From NCBI GenBank assembly GCA_963806035.1, contig CAWDWO010000007.1:1-64000 (forward strand): a stretch of 64,000 nt of DNA, in the 5' to 3' direction. The notes beneath the pieces were generated by a model. It was not told the origin of the DNA and made no database searches. It worked only from the letters and a program-made list of their open reading frames with translations. Source of the stretch: Candidatus Krumholzibacteriota bacterium (GTDB lineage Bacteria > Krumholzibacteriota > Krumholzibacteriia > JAJRXK01). The translations under genes and the position numbers were made by a program. Shown piece by piece: positions 1-10,520 of this stretch (position 1 is its first letter; the number at the start of each line of letters is the position of its first letter).

Positions 1-2
1 TG

Positions 3-3000
3 CCGCACGCCCGAGGGATCCAGATAGAGGGTGACGTTCTCTTCTTCCCCGGTGTCGGGATTCAGGCGCGTTTCCACGCGGGTACGCCGTACCGCGATCG
101 CCCGGTTCTCGCTGTAGCTTCCCGTGAACTGGAGATCCGGCTTCAGCCAGCCAATCCCCGGGAAGAGCGGCGTGTAGTTGGCGCTGAAGCGCTCGGTGTG
201 GCCGTTCTCGGCCCCCCAGTTGATCCCCAAAAAATCTACCTTCTGTTCGCCGATCACCAGGCCGGTGTCATCGACGATCAACCGATTGCGAGCCGGATCA
301 CGCACCGAGTTGATGCTGTACAAGAGTCTCAGATTGCGCGCGGGTGACCAGGTGACCGAAGAACTGTTGGACACCACTCGCCGCGAGGTTCCCGTGAGTT
401 GGAAGCTTCCATCCTCGAACTTGTTGGTGATCTTGTTCTCATCCTTGGACCACACGCTGCCCAGGGAGATCTGGTTGGGCAGATAGCGGAAATCGTAACC
501 AAGCAGCGGGATCTTCATGATCGAACGCGTGGCGAAGTTCAGATCGTAGTTGTACTGGGACTTGCTGCTGAGCCGCCGTGTGTTTTGCCGGGGCGAACGT
601 CGCCGGCTCCGGGTCAAGCTGTAGGAATAGGAGAGCCGGTCCACGGTATAGGCGAGGACTTTGTTCTGGCTCGATCCCTGTTTGCGCAATTGGAAGTTGA
701 AGCTCTCGTTACTGTCCTTCGTGGTCAGCGAATCCTGAAGTGCGCTGTCCAAAAGCGTGATGTCATTGTCCGGGTAGTACTTTGGCACGGAGGTACGCTT
801 GGCGGCACTGAAGCTGAAGGGTACGTCCAGGCCGAATGTCGGGATCAGGTTCTGCAGTTTCGAGGAGGCTCGCATCTGCGCGTTCTGGTCCGTCGCGCCG
901 CTTCCCCGGTCGCGGTTCAGGCCCCGGAATTCGGCATCGGTCTCGCTGATCGAACCCGAGAAATCACCCAAGCCCGGAATGTTGGAACTCACGGAGAGCT
1001 GCTTGGCGTAACCCGTTTTGCGATTGACGCGGCGGAGGCGCAGTTCATTGAACAGAACGTCGCCAGTGAGCAAGGGACCCACCGGCACGCCGGTGCCGTC
1101 CGTCGCCTTGGGATACCGCAGACCCGCGTAGTATCTGCGCACGCGCCTCAAGTCGGGCCGGCCGCGGATCACCAGGTCGTAGATGCTCCCACTCAAATTG
1201 TCATGAATCGTTCCCTGCCGAATGACTTCGCCCGAGGGTAGAGTCACGTTGCGCGCAACGCTGTCATCCACCTTGGCGCTGGTCATCTTGTCGATGGGTA
1301 CCTGTACCTCGACCCATCCGGTGTTCGGATCCACCTCGACCTGATCGAAGGGAAAGGAGATTTCGTAGTAGTTGAGAGAGTCCGTACCCACCCAGAAGAA
1401 GGGCACCAGGCCCTGCTGGTCGGGATCGAGCTGAGCGGGTAATCGAGACGCGAGCGGCGCGCGCCAGAAGAAGTTCAATTCGTTGTACTGGCTGAAGTCC
1501 TGCCCCTGGCTGCCAGGAACGTCCTTGCGCACGCGGATCTCCTGTCCCGGCCCGAGATTGGCGTAGTCCAACTGGAGAGACTGTTCCTTCTCCGCCACGT
1601 TGTTGCGCGTGTCGGGAAACACCGGCGGGATGTAGTCCGGGTTGTCCTTGTTGTTGAGCACTCCCACCCGGAATTCCGCCGGAGCCTCCGCTCCCGCGGG
1701 AAAACGATCGTGGCTCTGCGAGTCGTGGATGCCGTCGGTCAGCCAGCGATTCCCCAAGAAGCGCATCTCCGCGAACTGAATGTCGCGTCTTCCCGTCGAG
1801 CTTCCGCCGGGCACCTCGTACCAGATACGCAGGAAGCGTACTCGGGAGAGATCCGGGGCTTTGGTGAGGTACTTGAACTCGCCCTGGCGCGCGAGTCGCA
1901 ACTGAACCTCCTTCATGTCCAGACGGTACTTGCGCCACGAGTTGTTGACCTTGCGCTCATCGCTCGAGACAAAAGCCGGATAGTCCCGGTTCACGTCCAC
2001 CAGCACGTGATCGGTATCATCGAGAGGCACGGACAGGGTGTAGTAGGCGTCAGCCATGTCCAGGCTACCGTTGAGGTTGATGTCCTCGCTGTCCAGGCGT
2101 TGGTTGAGCTCCAGACCGTTGATGCGCGGAAAAGGATCCGCATCGTCTTCGCGGCTGGAATCGAAATCGTCTCCACCGTGGTCGTCGCTGCGGTCCGGGA
2201 CGTTCAGATAGGGTGGAAGCGGTCCCTCTGCGGCACTCTCCTCGGCGCTGGCGATGCCGTCCAGACCCACGTCCTCGGCCGTACTCAACTGCCCGTCGTT
2301 GTCCGTGTCCTCCTGATCCAGAACTCCCCGCTGCAATACGTTCCTCTGCAGCGCATCGTCGAAGACCGTCTTCCAGTAGAAATCCTCGTTGATGAAGCCG
2401 AAGTCGAAGTGCAGTACGCCTTCGCGATTGGCAACGCTCTTCTGGAAATCGTTGACCCAGAACTCCAGGTACTGTGCTTCGGTGAGATCGAGGTCGGAGC
2501 CGTAGCCGCGCATGATGCCGGTGAACAGGGTGTCGGCGAAAGTCTCGGTTCCCTTGGGAGGTTCCATCTGGAGCTGGAGGGCCGGCACCACGTCGCGCCG
2601 TTCCTGCTCACTGAGATCGGGATTCAGATCCTCGCGGTTCACCGCGGGGGTGGGCCGGTACCAGCGTACGTAGGCGCGGTCCTGCGGCTGAAAGCGACGG
2701 TCGACGTCCGTCTCGTTCGCATACTCCGCCGGGAGACTTGCCCACCACCAGCCCTCGCGACCCATGGGAATCACGTCGCTCTTGTCCACCGCCTCGAAGT
2801 CGTCGAGATAGGCGCTACCGTTGGTGTTCGGATTGGGTATCGAAACCGCGAGTTCCCCGTCGACGGTCAAACGGCTCGGCGTGTCCGAATCGACCATGGG
2901 CAAGAGATTGGCGAGGCTGGTCAGGATCTTGGGTTCGAACTGCAGCTTCGCCGAAACGTTTCCCACCCAGTTCTTGGTGGGTTCCTCGCCCAAGCGCGGC

Positions 3001-5504
3001 TTGCGGTTGTTCGACGGTTTGCTTTGCAGGAGCCAGGTCGTGGAGAGTGTCTTGTTCTGCCCCAGATGGTAGCCGAGGTTGATGCCGTTCAGGCTGGTGC
3101 GCCCTCCTCCAAAGAGGGGGTCCACCTCGAAATCTACCGTGATGTTGGTCTGCGCGTTCAACTCGCTGGCGGCGCCGGTGAGAGTGATTTCCCCGCTGAA
3201 GTAGTCGATGTCGTAATCCACTCCGCGGGTCAGGATCCGGCCGTCCAAACGCACCTGCTCGCTGTTCTCCTTGATGTTGATCGTGCCCAGAGAGAGGCGC
3301 GAGGAAGTCGAAGAGTGCTGGAACTCCAGGTCGAAGAAATGATTGCTCTGCAAGCCGGTGGAGGTGAGGGACTTGAGGTAGAGATCGGGGGCCGGCACCC
3401 CGTCGTTGCCGCCGTTCTCGAACTTTCCGGTCAGATACTTGGCCGCGAACGGCGTCGGATTGGGGAACTCCAAGAGACCCAAATCGGGGAAGACCAGATT
3501 CGCCTCGCTGCCCGTGTCGATGGTTCCGTCTCCCCCCTCGACCGGATTTCCCTGTGGATCGAACTTGTCCAATCCGAAGATGTTGATCCAACGCCTTCGC
3601 GTGCCGTCCGGGGGCACGGTGTCGAACTCGTTGAGAGTCTGCTTTACCGTGGTGAGGATCTGCACGTCGAGGGTGGTGAGATCGATGCCCACGCCGCGCA
3701 TGAAGTAGAAGTTGCGGAACATGTACTCCCAGCACAGATCGTAACCCTGGCCGTAGCTCGACGGATTCGTCGGATCCGGTGCGGCCTGTGAGAGGGGTTT
3801 GATGAGTTTGAAGTAGTAGATCTTGTCGTTGGGGTCGCCGGGGTTGTCGGGATTATCGATTGCATCGAAGTCCCCGCTGAACCAGGGCCGGCCCACCCGC
3901 ATCACCAGATTGCCCTTGTCGTCCACGACGTTGTAGGTCACGCCAAGGGCCACGTTGTCGTCCAGCTCGCTGTTCAGAAGCACGCCGATCAACTGCCCGC
4001 TGTTCGCGTCGACCAGCGGCCGCCACTCTTCGACCCCCAGACGACGCCAACGGGGGGCATCCGTGAAGTCGGTTCGATTGGCCAGGGCGGGGTTCGCGTC
4101 GGGGTCGGGGACTCCGCCGGAATAACCCCAGTAGTAGCCGGTGGTCTCCATGTAGGCCCGGCCCGGGTGAACGTCCAGGATGTCCCCCTTGTCCCCACTC
4201 ACCACGCCGTGGGGAACGCTCACGTAGAGATCGACGGTGGAGACGTCGATCCTCCAGGAGGGGTCCCAGCTTCCGCTCTGGTCCTGGAGGTTGGCCGGAA
4301 TGTCCAGGGTGTCCCCCGGCGCTATGATGTAGGGCTCGCCCTGCACGAAGAAGAAGGGGTAGGGGGCGTTCAGGCGGAAGATCCGGTTCTTCACGTAATC
4401 GGTCGAACTCACGGTGAATTCCTGGGTCGTTCCCCCCGCGGCCGAGAACGAGCGCTTGCCCTGCTTGCTCTGCTCCTTCGAGGTGAGCACGGTGAAGTCC
4501 AAAGGCCCCAGGGCGCCCTCCACCTTGACTCCGAAGAGCCCACCGCGCTGAGCTTGGATACCCAGGAGCCGGGATGAGGGCAGGGTCACGTCGATGTTTC
4601 CGGCGCGAATCGTGCGGATGATGTCGTCCTCATCACCTTCGAAACTCAATTTCACCTGCGTCGCGTCGCTGCCGAACTGCTCGCTGTCGTGACTCACGCG
4701 GACTTTGATCTTCTCGCCCACCTGGCCATCCAGGTTCACCCGCAAACTCTGTTGCATCTCGAGGGTGGGAAAGAGACTCTGCGACTGCTGGATTTCGTTA
4801 CCCAGGAAGTTGTCGCGCACCGTCGAGGTCCCGCTGATCGAGATGCGTTCCTGACCACTGATCCGGATGTTGGTGGCCTCCCCCTTTCCGATCAACCGCT
4901 CCAGGGTGCGCGGCAATTTGATGGGCAGGGTGAAGTTCAAGAGGCCCTGGTTGGCCTGGGTGGCGATCGCGTGCGCCTGCAGGCTCTTGCGCCACTGATC
5001 GTCCAGAGCCACCGTGGTCACGCTCCGCATGTATCCCTGGAGGGTCATCATCCGGATGTCGACCTGCGGATCCTCCACCGGGCGTGGTTTCTCGAAGGCG
5101 ACTCCGACTTGATTGGTGTCGACCTGGCTGAAAAAGAGAAAAGTCTCGGGAAAGCGGTAGCGCACCACTCGATCGAGCCCGTCCTCGGCCTCGAGGACTT
5201 CCACCTGCCGTGGCGGCTGGAAGAGCTGCATCTGCGCCGCGTCGGCGAAGCGCTTGCGCAAAAGCGTGCCCAAGGAAACGCTCTCCCGCGTTCCGCGCGG
5301 ATCGACCCCCATGTCCAGGAGTCTCTGCCGGAGCAGGGCCTCGTGCGCGCTGAGGAGATCGGGGTTGTCGCTGACCCGCAGGATGAGGTCGAAGAGCCAC
5401 TTGTCGCGGGGGTAGCTGGGCCGGCCGAACTCGGCGGCCCGGGCCGAGTTCAGCGCGCAGAGAAGCGTCAGGGCGAGGAATACCAATCGTTTCGGGTTGG
5501 CCAA
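3..5504 (-). CDS. sprA: SprA/Sov-like T9SS outer-membrane translocon (3'-truncated by window edge, >1830 aa)
   Basis: Absent from the ORF track because it runs off the window. TTG at 5504 with GAGG upstream. Signal peptide (ANPKRLVFLALTLLCALNSARA). SprA-type segment QQSLRVNLDGQVGEKIKVRVSHDSE...VKLSFEGDEDDIIRTIRAGNIDVTLP...GLFGVK. The frame at both ends of the span is the same. Confidence 0.85.
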   Translation of the reverse strand, partial: MANPKRLVFLALTLLCALNSARAAEFGRPSYPRDKWLFDLILRVSDNPDLLSAHEALLRQRLLDMGVDPRGTRESVSLGTLLRKRFADAAQMQLFQPPRQVEVLEAEDGLDRVVRYRFPETFLFFSQVDTNQVGVAFEKPRPVEDPQVDIRMMTLQGYMRSVTTVALDDQWRKSLQAHAIATQANQGLLNFTLPIKLPRTLERLIGKGEATNIRISGQERISISGTSTVRDNFLGNEIQQSQSLFPTLEMQQSLRVNLDGQVGEKIKVRVSHDSEQFGSDATQVKLSFEGDEDDIIRTIRAGNIDVTLPSSRLLGIQAQRGGLFGVKVEGALGPLDFTVLTSKEQSKQGKRSFSAAGGTTQEFTVSSTDYVKNRIFRLNAPYPFFFVQGEPYIIAPGDTLDIPANLQDQSGSWDPSWRIDVSTVDLYVSVPHGVVSGDKGDILDVHPGRAYMETTGYYWGYSGGVPDPDANPALANRTDFTDAPRWRRLGVEEWRPLVDANSGQLIGVLLNSELDDNVALGVTYNVVDDKGNLVMRVGRPWFSGDFDAIDNPDNPGDPNDKIYYFKLIKPLSQAAPDPTNPSSYGQGYDLCWEYMFRNFYFMRGVGIDLTTLDVQILTTVKQTLNEFDTVPPDGTRRRWINIFGLDKFDPQGNPVEGGDGTIDTGSEANLVFPDLGLLEFPNPTPFAAKYLTGKFENGGNDGVPAPDLYLKSLTSTGLQSNHFFDLEFQHSSTSSRLSLGTINIKENSEQVRLDGRILTRGVDYDIDYFSGEITLTGAASELNAQTNITVDFEVDPLFGGGRTSLNGINLGYHLGQNKTLSTTWLLQSKPSNNRKPRLGEEPTKNWVGNVSAKLQFEPKILTSLANLLPMVDSDTPSRLTVDGELAVSIPNPNTNGSAYLDDFEAVDKSDVIPMGREGWWWASLPAEYANETDVDRRFQPQDRAYVRWYRPTPAVNREDLNPDLSEQERRDVVPALQLQMEPPKGTETFADTLFTGIMRGYGSDLDLTEAQYLEFWVNDFQKSVANREGVLHFDFGFINEDFYWKTVFDDALQRNVLQRGVLDQEDTDNDGQLSTAEDVGLDGIASAEESAAEGPLPPYLNVPDRSDDHGGDDFDSSREDDADPFPRINGLELNQRLDSEDINLNGSLDMADAYYTLSVPLDDTDHVLVDVNRDYPAFVSSDERKVNNSWRKYRLDMKEVQLRLARQGEFKYLTKAPDLSRVRFLRIWYEVPGGSSTGRRDIQFAEMRFLGNRWLTDGIHDSQSHDRFPAGAEAPAEFRVGVLNNKDNPDYIPPVFPDTRNNVAEKEQSLQLDYANLGPGQEIRVRKDVPGSQGQDFSQYNELNFFWRAPLASRLPAQLDPDQQGLVPFFWVGTDSLNYYEISFPFDQVEVDPNTGWVEVQVPIDKMTSAKVDDSVARNVTLPSGEVIRQGTIHDNLSGSIYDLVIRGRPDLRRVRRYYAGLRYPKATDGTGVPVGPLLTGDVLFNELRLRRVNRKTGYAKQLSVSSNIPGLGDFSGSISETDAEFRGLNRDRGSGATDQNAQMRASSKLQNLIPTFGLDVPFSFSAAKRTSVPKYYPDNDITLLDSALQDSLTTKDSNESFNFQLRKQGSSQNKVLAYTVDRLSYSYSLTRSRRRSPRQNTRRLSSKSQYNYDLNFATRSIMKIPLLGYDFRYLPNQISLGSVWSKDENKITNKFEDGSFQLTGTSRRVVSNSSSVTWSPARNLRLLYSINSVRDPARNRLIVDDTGLVIGEQKVDFLGINWGAENGHTERFSANYTPLFPGIGWLKPDLQFTGSYSENRAIAVRRTRVETRLNPDTGEEENVTLYLDPSGVR

Positions 5505-5781
5505 AGCAGTTGTCGCCTCACGCGTTCTGGAGCTTCAGGATTGATCCCCGCCACGGGCATACCCCAACGACTGTCCCCTCTCAAGGACAAACTCTGACCC
5601 CCAAGGAGGTCATCCGGGGACGGTCTTCAGGCCCCACCCGACGGCTCAGGGTCCATCTCGCCCTCAGAAATCGCGTTCCTCCCGGGAACCGATCGTCGAA
5701 GCGGCAAGTATCGGTTGAGGTGGCATAGAGAGCAACATAGACTCACGCCGCGAGTCCACTTCCCAGGCTGGAAAACCGTCC

Positions 5782-7149
5782 ATGTCCTTGATTGATCGGC
5801 ACATCCTACGGACCTTCTTCCCGCCGTTCTTCTTCGGACTGGTGGTCACTACCTTTATTTTGATGATCGACATTCTGCAAAAGTATGTCGATCTCTTCCT
5901 GGGCAAGGGCATCAGCCTGACACTGGCCAGCGAAGTGTTGCTCTTGAGCCTGGGCCATATTTTTGCACTTACCGTACCAATGGCCATTCTGATCGGGGTT
6001 CTGATGTCCGTGGGACATCTAGCGGCCGACAACGAGATCACCGCCCTCAAGGCCACCGGGGTGAGCCTCTACCGGGTGGCCGCCCCCCTGATCCTGGTGG
6101 GACTTTTGACCGGGATCGTGATGGTGGGATACAACCACTACGTTCTGCCCCGGACCAACCTGCGATTGACCGGCCTTCTGATCGACATCCATCACAAGCG
6201 TCCCACCTTCGCCATCCGGGAGAACGCATTCGTCAAGATCGACGATGAGTACACGATTTTCGTGCGGCACAAGGACGATCGTACCGGACGGCTCGAGGAC
6301 GTCATCCTCGTCCAACGGGAAGGCAGGGGCGACACGCACCCCGATCTCATCGTGGCCAAGTGGGGACAACTCTCGACCAAGACTCCCGGGCGCATCGAGT
6401 TGGATCTCTACAACGGGGAGTACCACAGCCTCCCCGATCGCCAGGACCTGAACGTCTACCATCGGACTGCGTTCGAAAGGCAAAAGGTCACCATCACTCT
6501 CGACGACGATTTCGGATTCGGCGGCAACCAGGTGGTCAAGAACGACCGCTCGATGGATCTCAACGAGCTGCGGAGCGAGCGGAAATCGGAGTTCGGGCTC
6601 TACCGGAAATCTCTCTCGGAATCACAGGAGCTGGTGGATCAGGCCCTCGCTCCTCTCATGGCACTGTGGCGGCAAGGCAGAGTGGAGCAGGCGGGCACCG
6701 ACGGATCGCAGCTCGATGAGCGCAGACAGCTGGCCAGCGAGTTCGACCGCAAGTCGCGAGCGCTCGCGGTAAAATCGCAAGTCGCTCGCTCACACCTGAA
6801 TCGCTCGGGCCGCTACGCGGTGGAATATCACAAGAAGTTCGCCATCCCCGGCGCTTGCCTGGTCTTCGTTCTCATCGGTGTGCCCCTGGCGATCACCACC
6901 TCCCGCGGAGGCCGGGGCGTTTCGATCGGGCTGAGCCTCGCCGCCTACATCGTCTATTATCTCTTTCTCTCGGGAGGCGAAAAACTCGCGGACCGTGGCT
7001 TGCTCTCGCCTTGGGTGGCGATGTGGGCCGCCAACCTCGTCTTGGGCCCCTTGGGACTTCTCATTCTCTATCAGTCCGTACAGGAAACCCGGATCGTCGA
7101 AATCCGCCTGCCGGCCAGGTTCAAGCGCGTGTGGAAATCGCAGGCATGA
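5782..7149 (+). CDS. lptF: LPS export permease LptF/LptG family (YjgP/Q)
   Basis: MSLIDRHILR start, TM helices, LTVPMAILIGVL..GHLAADNEITALKATGVS, VEYHKKFAIP motifs. Confidence 0.85.
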   Translation: MSLIDRHILRTFFPPFFFGLVVTTFILMIDILQKYVDLFLGKGISLTLASEVLLLSLGHIFALTVPMAILIGVLMSVGHLAADNEITALKATGVSLYRVAAPLILVGLLTGIVMVGYNHYVLPRTNLRLTGLLIDIHHKRPTFAIRENAFVKIDDEYTIFVRHKDDRTGRLEDVILVQREGRGDTHPDLIVAKWGQLSTKTPGRIELDLYNGEYHSLPDRQDLNVYHRTAFERQKVTITLDDDFGFGGNQVVKNDRSMDLNELRSERKSEFGLYRKSLSESQELVDQALAPLMALWRQGRVEQAGTDGSQLDERRQLASEFDRKSRALAVKSQVARSHLNRSGRYAVEYHKKFAIPGACLVFVLIGVPLAITTSRGGRGVSIGLSLAAYIVYYLFLSGGEKLADRGLLSPWVAMWAANLVLGPLGLLILYQSVQETRIVEIRLPARFKRVWKSQA

Positions 7150-8222
7150 AGCTCATCGACCGCTATGTTCTCAGCGCCTTCTTACGGGTGCTCTTCTGGT
7201 CCATCCTGGCTTTCGTCGCCATCTTCCTCTTGATCGATCTCTTCGATCACCTCGACAACTTCCTGGACGACAACGCGCGTCTCCTGGCCATCCTCCGCTA
7301 CTACCTCTATCAGTTGCCGCTCGTCATCGATCTCTGCCTCCCGGTGGGCATGCTCCTGGCGAGTCTCTTCACGGTGGGGGTGCTCTCAAAGAACAACGAA
7401 TACACTTCGCTGCTCTCGGCGGGAGTGAGTCTCACGCGCCTCTCGCGATCCATTCTCATTCTGGGCATTCTCGTTTCGCTGGGAGCTCTGGTATTCCGAG
7501 AATACGTGGTGCCCGAATCGAATCAACGTCAGCGGGAGATTCTCAAGTACGAGATCGAGGGCAAGATCCGCCAGGACCTCATGTCCAAGCGCAACTTCAC
7601 CTACATCGGCCAGAAGGGAGAGGTGTACGTCATCGCCTCGTTCAGACCCAGTCCTCCCACTCTGACCGGCTTCTCGATGGAAGTGTTCGCGGATAGCGTG
7701 ATGGTGCGCAGAATCGACGCGGAGCGCGCGCGCTGGGACGGCCGGAAGTGGGTGGCGGAGAACGGCGCGATCCGCGAATTCCATGACGGGAAGGAAACGG
7801 TGCAGCCCTTCACCAAGTATCGCGTGGAGGAGTCACTGGAGAAGCCCGAGGATTTCAGCCGCCGCGAGATCGACCCCGCGGACATGAATTACTTCCAACT
7901 GGGGCGCTTTGCGGAATGGGTGGGGCGCAACGGGGGCAACCCCACTCCCTACCGGGCCACCATGGCCAACAAGCTGGCCTTCCCCATGGTGAACTTCCTG
8001 ATGGTGGTGCTGGGACTCTCGCTCGGCGCGTCTCGCCAGAAGACGACACTCTGGGCCGGCTTCGGTCTGACGGTGGCGCTGGGCTTCGTCTACTGGATCC
8101 TCATGGACTTCGGACTGTCTCTGGGCAAGACCGGTGCTCTGCCGGTATGGATCTCCGCCTGGGGTCCCAACATCTTCTATGCGATCCTGGGGGGGATCCT
8201 GTTCTACCGGGCGAATCGCTGA
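7146..8222 (+). CDS. lptG: LPS export permease LptG
   Basis: ATGA overlap with lptF stop; MKLIDRYVL, LSKNNEYTSLLSAGVS, C-terminal AWGPNI. Confidence 0.85.
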   Translation: MKLIDRYVLSAFLRVLFWSILAFVAIFLLIDLFDHLDNFLDDNARLLAILRYYLYQLPLVIDLCLPVGMLLASLFTVGVLSKNNEYTSLLSAGVSLTRLSRSILILGILVSLGALVFREYVVPESNQRQREILKYEIEGKIRQDLMSKRNFTYIGQKGEVYVIASFRPSPPTLTGFSMEVFADSVMVRRIDAERARWDGRKWVAENGAIREFHDGKETVQPFTKYRVEESLEKPEDFSRREIDPADMNYFQLGRFAEWVGRNGGNPTPYRATMANKLAFPMVNFLMVVLGLSLGASRQKTTLWAGFGLTVALGFVYWILMDFGLSLGKTGALPVWISAWGPNIFYAILGGILFYRANR

Positions 8223-8226
8223 GCTC

Positions 8227-9387
8227 TCAGAGCATGTCGCGGATGGCGTCCACGCGATCCAGCTTCTCCCAGCTGAAGCCCTCTTCCTCGCGACCGAAGT
8301 GCCCATACGCCGCGGTCCGGCGATACAGGGAGCCGCGTCGCAGCTTCAACTCGGTGATGATCCCGTTGGGAGTCAGATTCCAGAGCTCACGCACGATGGA
8401 AGTCATGCGTTCGTTGGGAACCTTGGCTGTGCCAAAGCTCTCGACGCGAACCGAGACCGGCTCGGCCACCCCGATCGCGTAAGCGAGTTGAACTTCCAGC
8501 TTCTCGGCCGCACCCGCCGCCACCAGGTTCTTCGCGATGTGACGCGCGACATAGGAAGCGGAACGATCCACCTTGGAGGGGTCCTTCCCGCTGAATGCGC
8601 CGCCTCCGTGGCGTCCCATTCCGCCGTAGGTATCCACGATGATTTTGCGGCCGGTCAGTCCACAGTCGGCCTGCGGACCGCCGAGAACGAAGCGACCGGT
8701 GGGATTTACGAAGAACTTCGTGTTCGAGTAGTCCAATCCAGAAGCCTCGAGCGTGGGTTTGGCGACTTCCGACACCATGTCTTCGCGAATACGATCGAGC
8801 GTGGCGGCCTCGGCGTGCTGGGTGGAGACCACCACGGCGGAGACCCGCACGGGCTTGTGGTCTTCGTACTCCACCGTCACCTGGGTCTTTCCATCGGGAC
8901 GGAGGTAGCCGAAGGTTCCCGCCTTGCGCACCTCGGCCAGACGGCGCGCCATCTTGTGGGCCAGGGAGATCGGCGCCGGCATGTACTCGGGAGTCTCGTT
9001 GCTGGCGTATCCGAACATGAGCCCCTGATCACCCGCGCCCTGCTCCTCCGGCTTGTCGCGATCCACTCCCTGCTTGATGTCGGGAGACTGCGCATCGATG
9101 CTGGTGAGCACCGCGCAGGTTTGCGCGTCGAAACCGTAGGCCGCGTCGGTATAGCCGATGGCACGGATCGTGGCCCGCGTGATTTCGGGGATATCTACGT
9201 AGACCTCGGTGCTGATCTCTCCCGCGACCAAGCACAATCCCGTGGTCACCAGAGTCTCACAGGCGACGCGACCGTTGGGATCCTTGGCGAGAATCGCATC
9301 CACCACGCTATCCGATACTTGGTCCGCGACCTTGTCCGGATGGCCTTCGGTTACCGACTCTGAGGTAAAAAGATGCTTCTCGGCCAT
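8227..9387 (-). CDS. metK: S-adenosylmethionine synthetase
   Basis: [37 protein letters not shown]. Confidence 0.98.
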   Translation of the reverse strand: MAEKHLFTSESVTEGHPDKVADQVSDSVVDAILAKDPNGRVACETLVTTGLCLVAGEISTEVYVDIPEITRATIRAIGYTDAAYGFDAQTCAVLTSIDAQSPDIKQGVDRDKPEEQGAGDQGLMFGYASNETPEYMPAPISLAHKMARRLAEVRKAGTFGYLRPDGKTQVTVEYEDHKPVRVSAVVVSTQHAEAATLDRIREDMVSEVAKPTLEASGLDYSNTKFFVNPTGRFVLGGPQADCGLTGRKIIVDTYGGMGRHGGGAFSGKDPSKVDRSASYVARHIAKNLVAAGAAEKLEVQLAYAIGVAEPVSVRVESFGTAKVPNERMTSIVRELWNLTPNGIITELKLRRGSLYRRTAAYGHFGREEEGFSWEKLDRVDAIRDML

Positions 9388-9490
9388 CGAAGGCCCTCCT
9401 TGCTACTTCCGGGGAGATCGCGGTTCCTTCGCGCGTAGGCGCCCAAAACTCACGAATTGTGCTCCTGAACTTTGGAGACTTTAGCTGGCC

Positions 9491-9519
9491 ATGCTAACGC
9501 AATGCGCGCCTCAGCGCAA
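9491..9519 (-). promoter_or_regulatory. Putative sigma70 promoter of metK (TTGCGC-17-TAGCAT)
   Basis: -35 at 9514-9519, 17-nt spacer, -10 at 9491-9496, about 100 nt upstream of the metK ATG. Confidence 0.5.
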
Positions 9520-10497
9520 TTCCACTTGCGAGAAGTCCCCCACATTGAGCCCGGAGCCCCGCCCTATCACCTTGGCCTTCGCGCCGATCAGACTTCCTTC
9601 GAGATTGGCCCCGTCAATGGAGGCACCGTCGTTGATGATGCTGTTGGCGACGATACTTCCCTTGATGACCGCGTCCCGCCCCACCGTCACGTGGGGTCCG
9701 ATCACGCTTCCGGTGAGCCTGGCCGTGGGATGCACGACCACGGGTTCCTTGATCACCACGGATCCCTCCGCGTAGATCGGTCCCTCGTCGCCCAAAAGCA
9801 CGCGGTTCGTCTCGAGCAGAGTCTCGGGCTTTCCACAGTCATACCAGCCATCGATTTCCTGCGAATAGAATTCCTCACCGCGCTGGAGGAGCAACTGGAG
9901 CGCGTCCGTCAGTTGGAATTCGTTCTTGGTGCGGATGCCTTCCCGCACGATTTCGTCCAAGGCATCAAACAAGAGCTCGCTCTTCTGAAAGGTGTAGAGT
10001 CCGACGATGGCCTGATTGCTGGTGGGATTTTCCGGTTTCTCCACGAAGCGCGTCACCCTCGTCTTGTCCAGCTCCACGATCCCGAAGCGCCGCGGATCCT
10101 CCACCGCGCAGGTAGCGATGATGTTCTGGGGACTTCGGATGATCGAGGGCAAGTCCGCGCGCACCACGGTATCTCCGAGGATGGTCAAGAGAGGACCACT
10201 TTTTACCACGTCCTTGCACATCCCCACCGCGTGCCCCAATCCCAGGCGCTGCTTCTGCTCCACGTAGCTGACGCGCAAATCGGGATGCTCTTCGGCGATG
10301 TACTTGCGAATGCTGTCGCCCCGATAGCCCACCACGATCACGAACTCATCGATTCCCGCACTGGATAGATCTTCGAGGATGTGGCCCAGGATCGGCCGGC
10401 CAGCCACCAGCAGCAACGCTTTGGGAACGGTGATCGTGTGGGGACGCAGTCGTTTGCCGGCTCCGGCGGCGGGAATCAGAGCTTTCATCGCGGACAT
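9511..10497 (-). CDS. Sugar-phosphate nucleotidyltransferase (glucose-1-P thymidylyltransferase long-form-like) with C-terminal hexapeptide repeats
   Basis: KALIPAAGAGKRLRPHT..PK, RFGIV, EKP, WYDCGK, left-handed beta-helix-like tail. Confidence 0.88.
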   Translation of the reverse strand: MSAMKALIPAAGAGKRLRPHTITVPKALLLVAGRPILGHILEDLSSAGIDEFVIVVGYRGDSIRKYIAEEHPDLRVSYVEQKQRLGLGHAVGMCKDVVKSGPLLTILGDTVVRADLPSIIRSPQNIIATCAVEDPRRFGIVELDKTRVTRFVEKPENPTSNQAIVGLYTFQKSELLFDALDEIVREGIRTKNEFQLTDALQLLLQRGEEFYSQEIDGWYDCGKPETLLETNRVLLGDEGPIYAEGSVVIKEPVVVHPTARLTGSVIGPHVTVGRDAVIKGSIVANSIINDGASIDGANLEGSLIGAKAKVIGRGSGLNVGDFSQVELR

Positions 10498-10520
10498 TCC
10501 TCCGGGGGATTTCTCGAATT

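Noticed and set aside
178..5597. Long + strand ORFs (e.g. 1710-3791, 399-1241, 4689-5597)
   Set aside because: Antisense shadows of the sprA-like gene, expected with high-GC codon bias; no motifs
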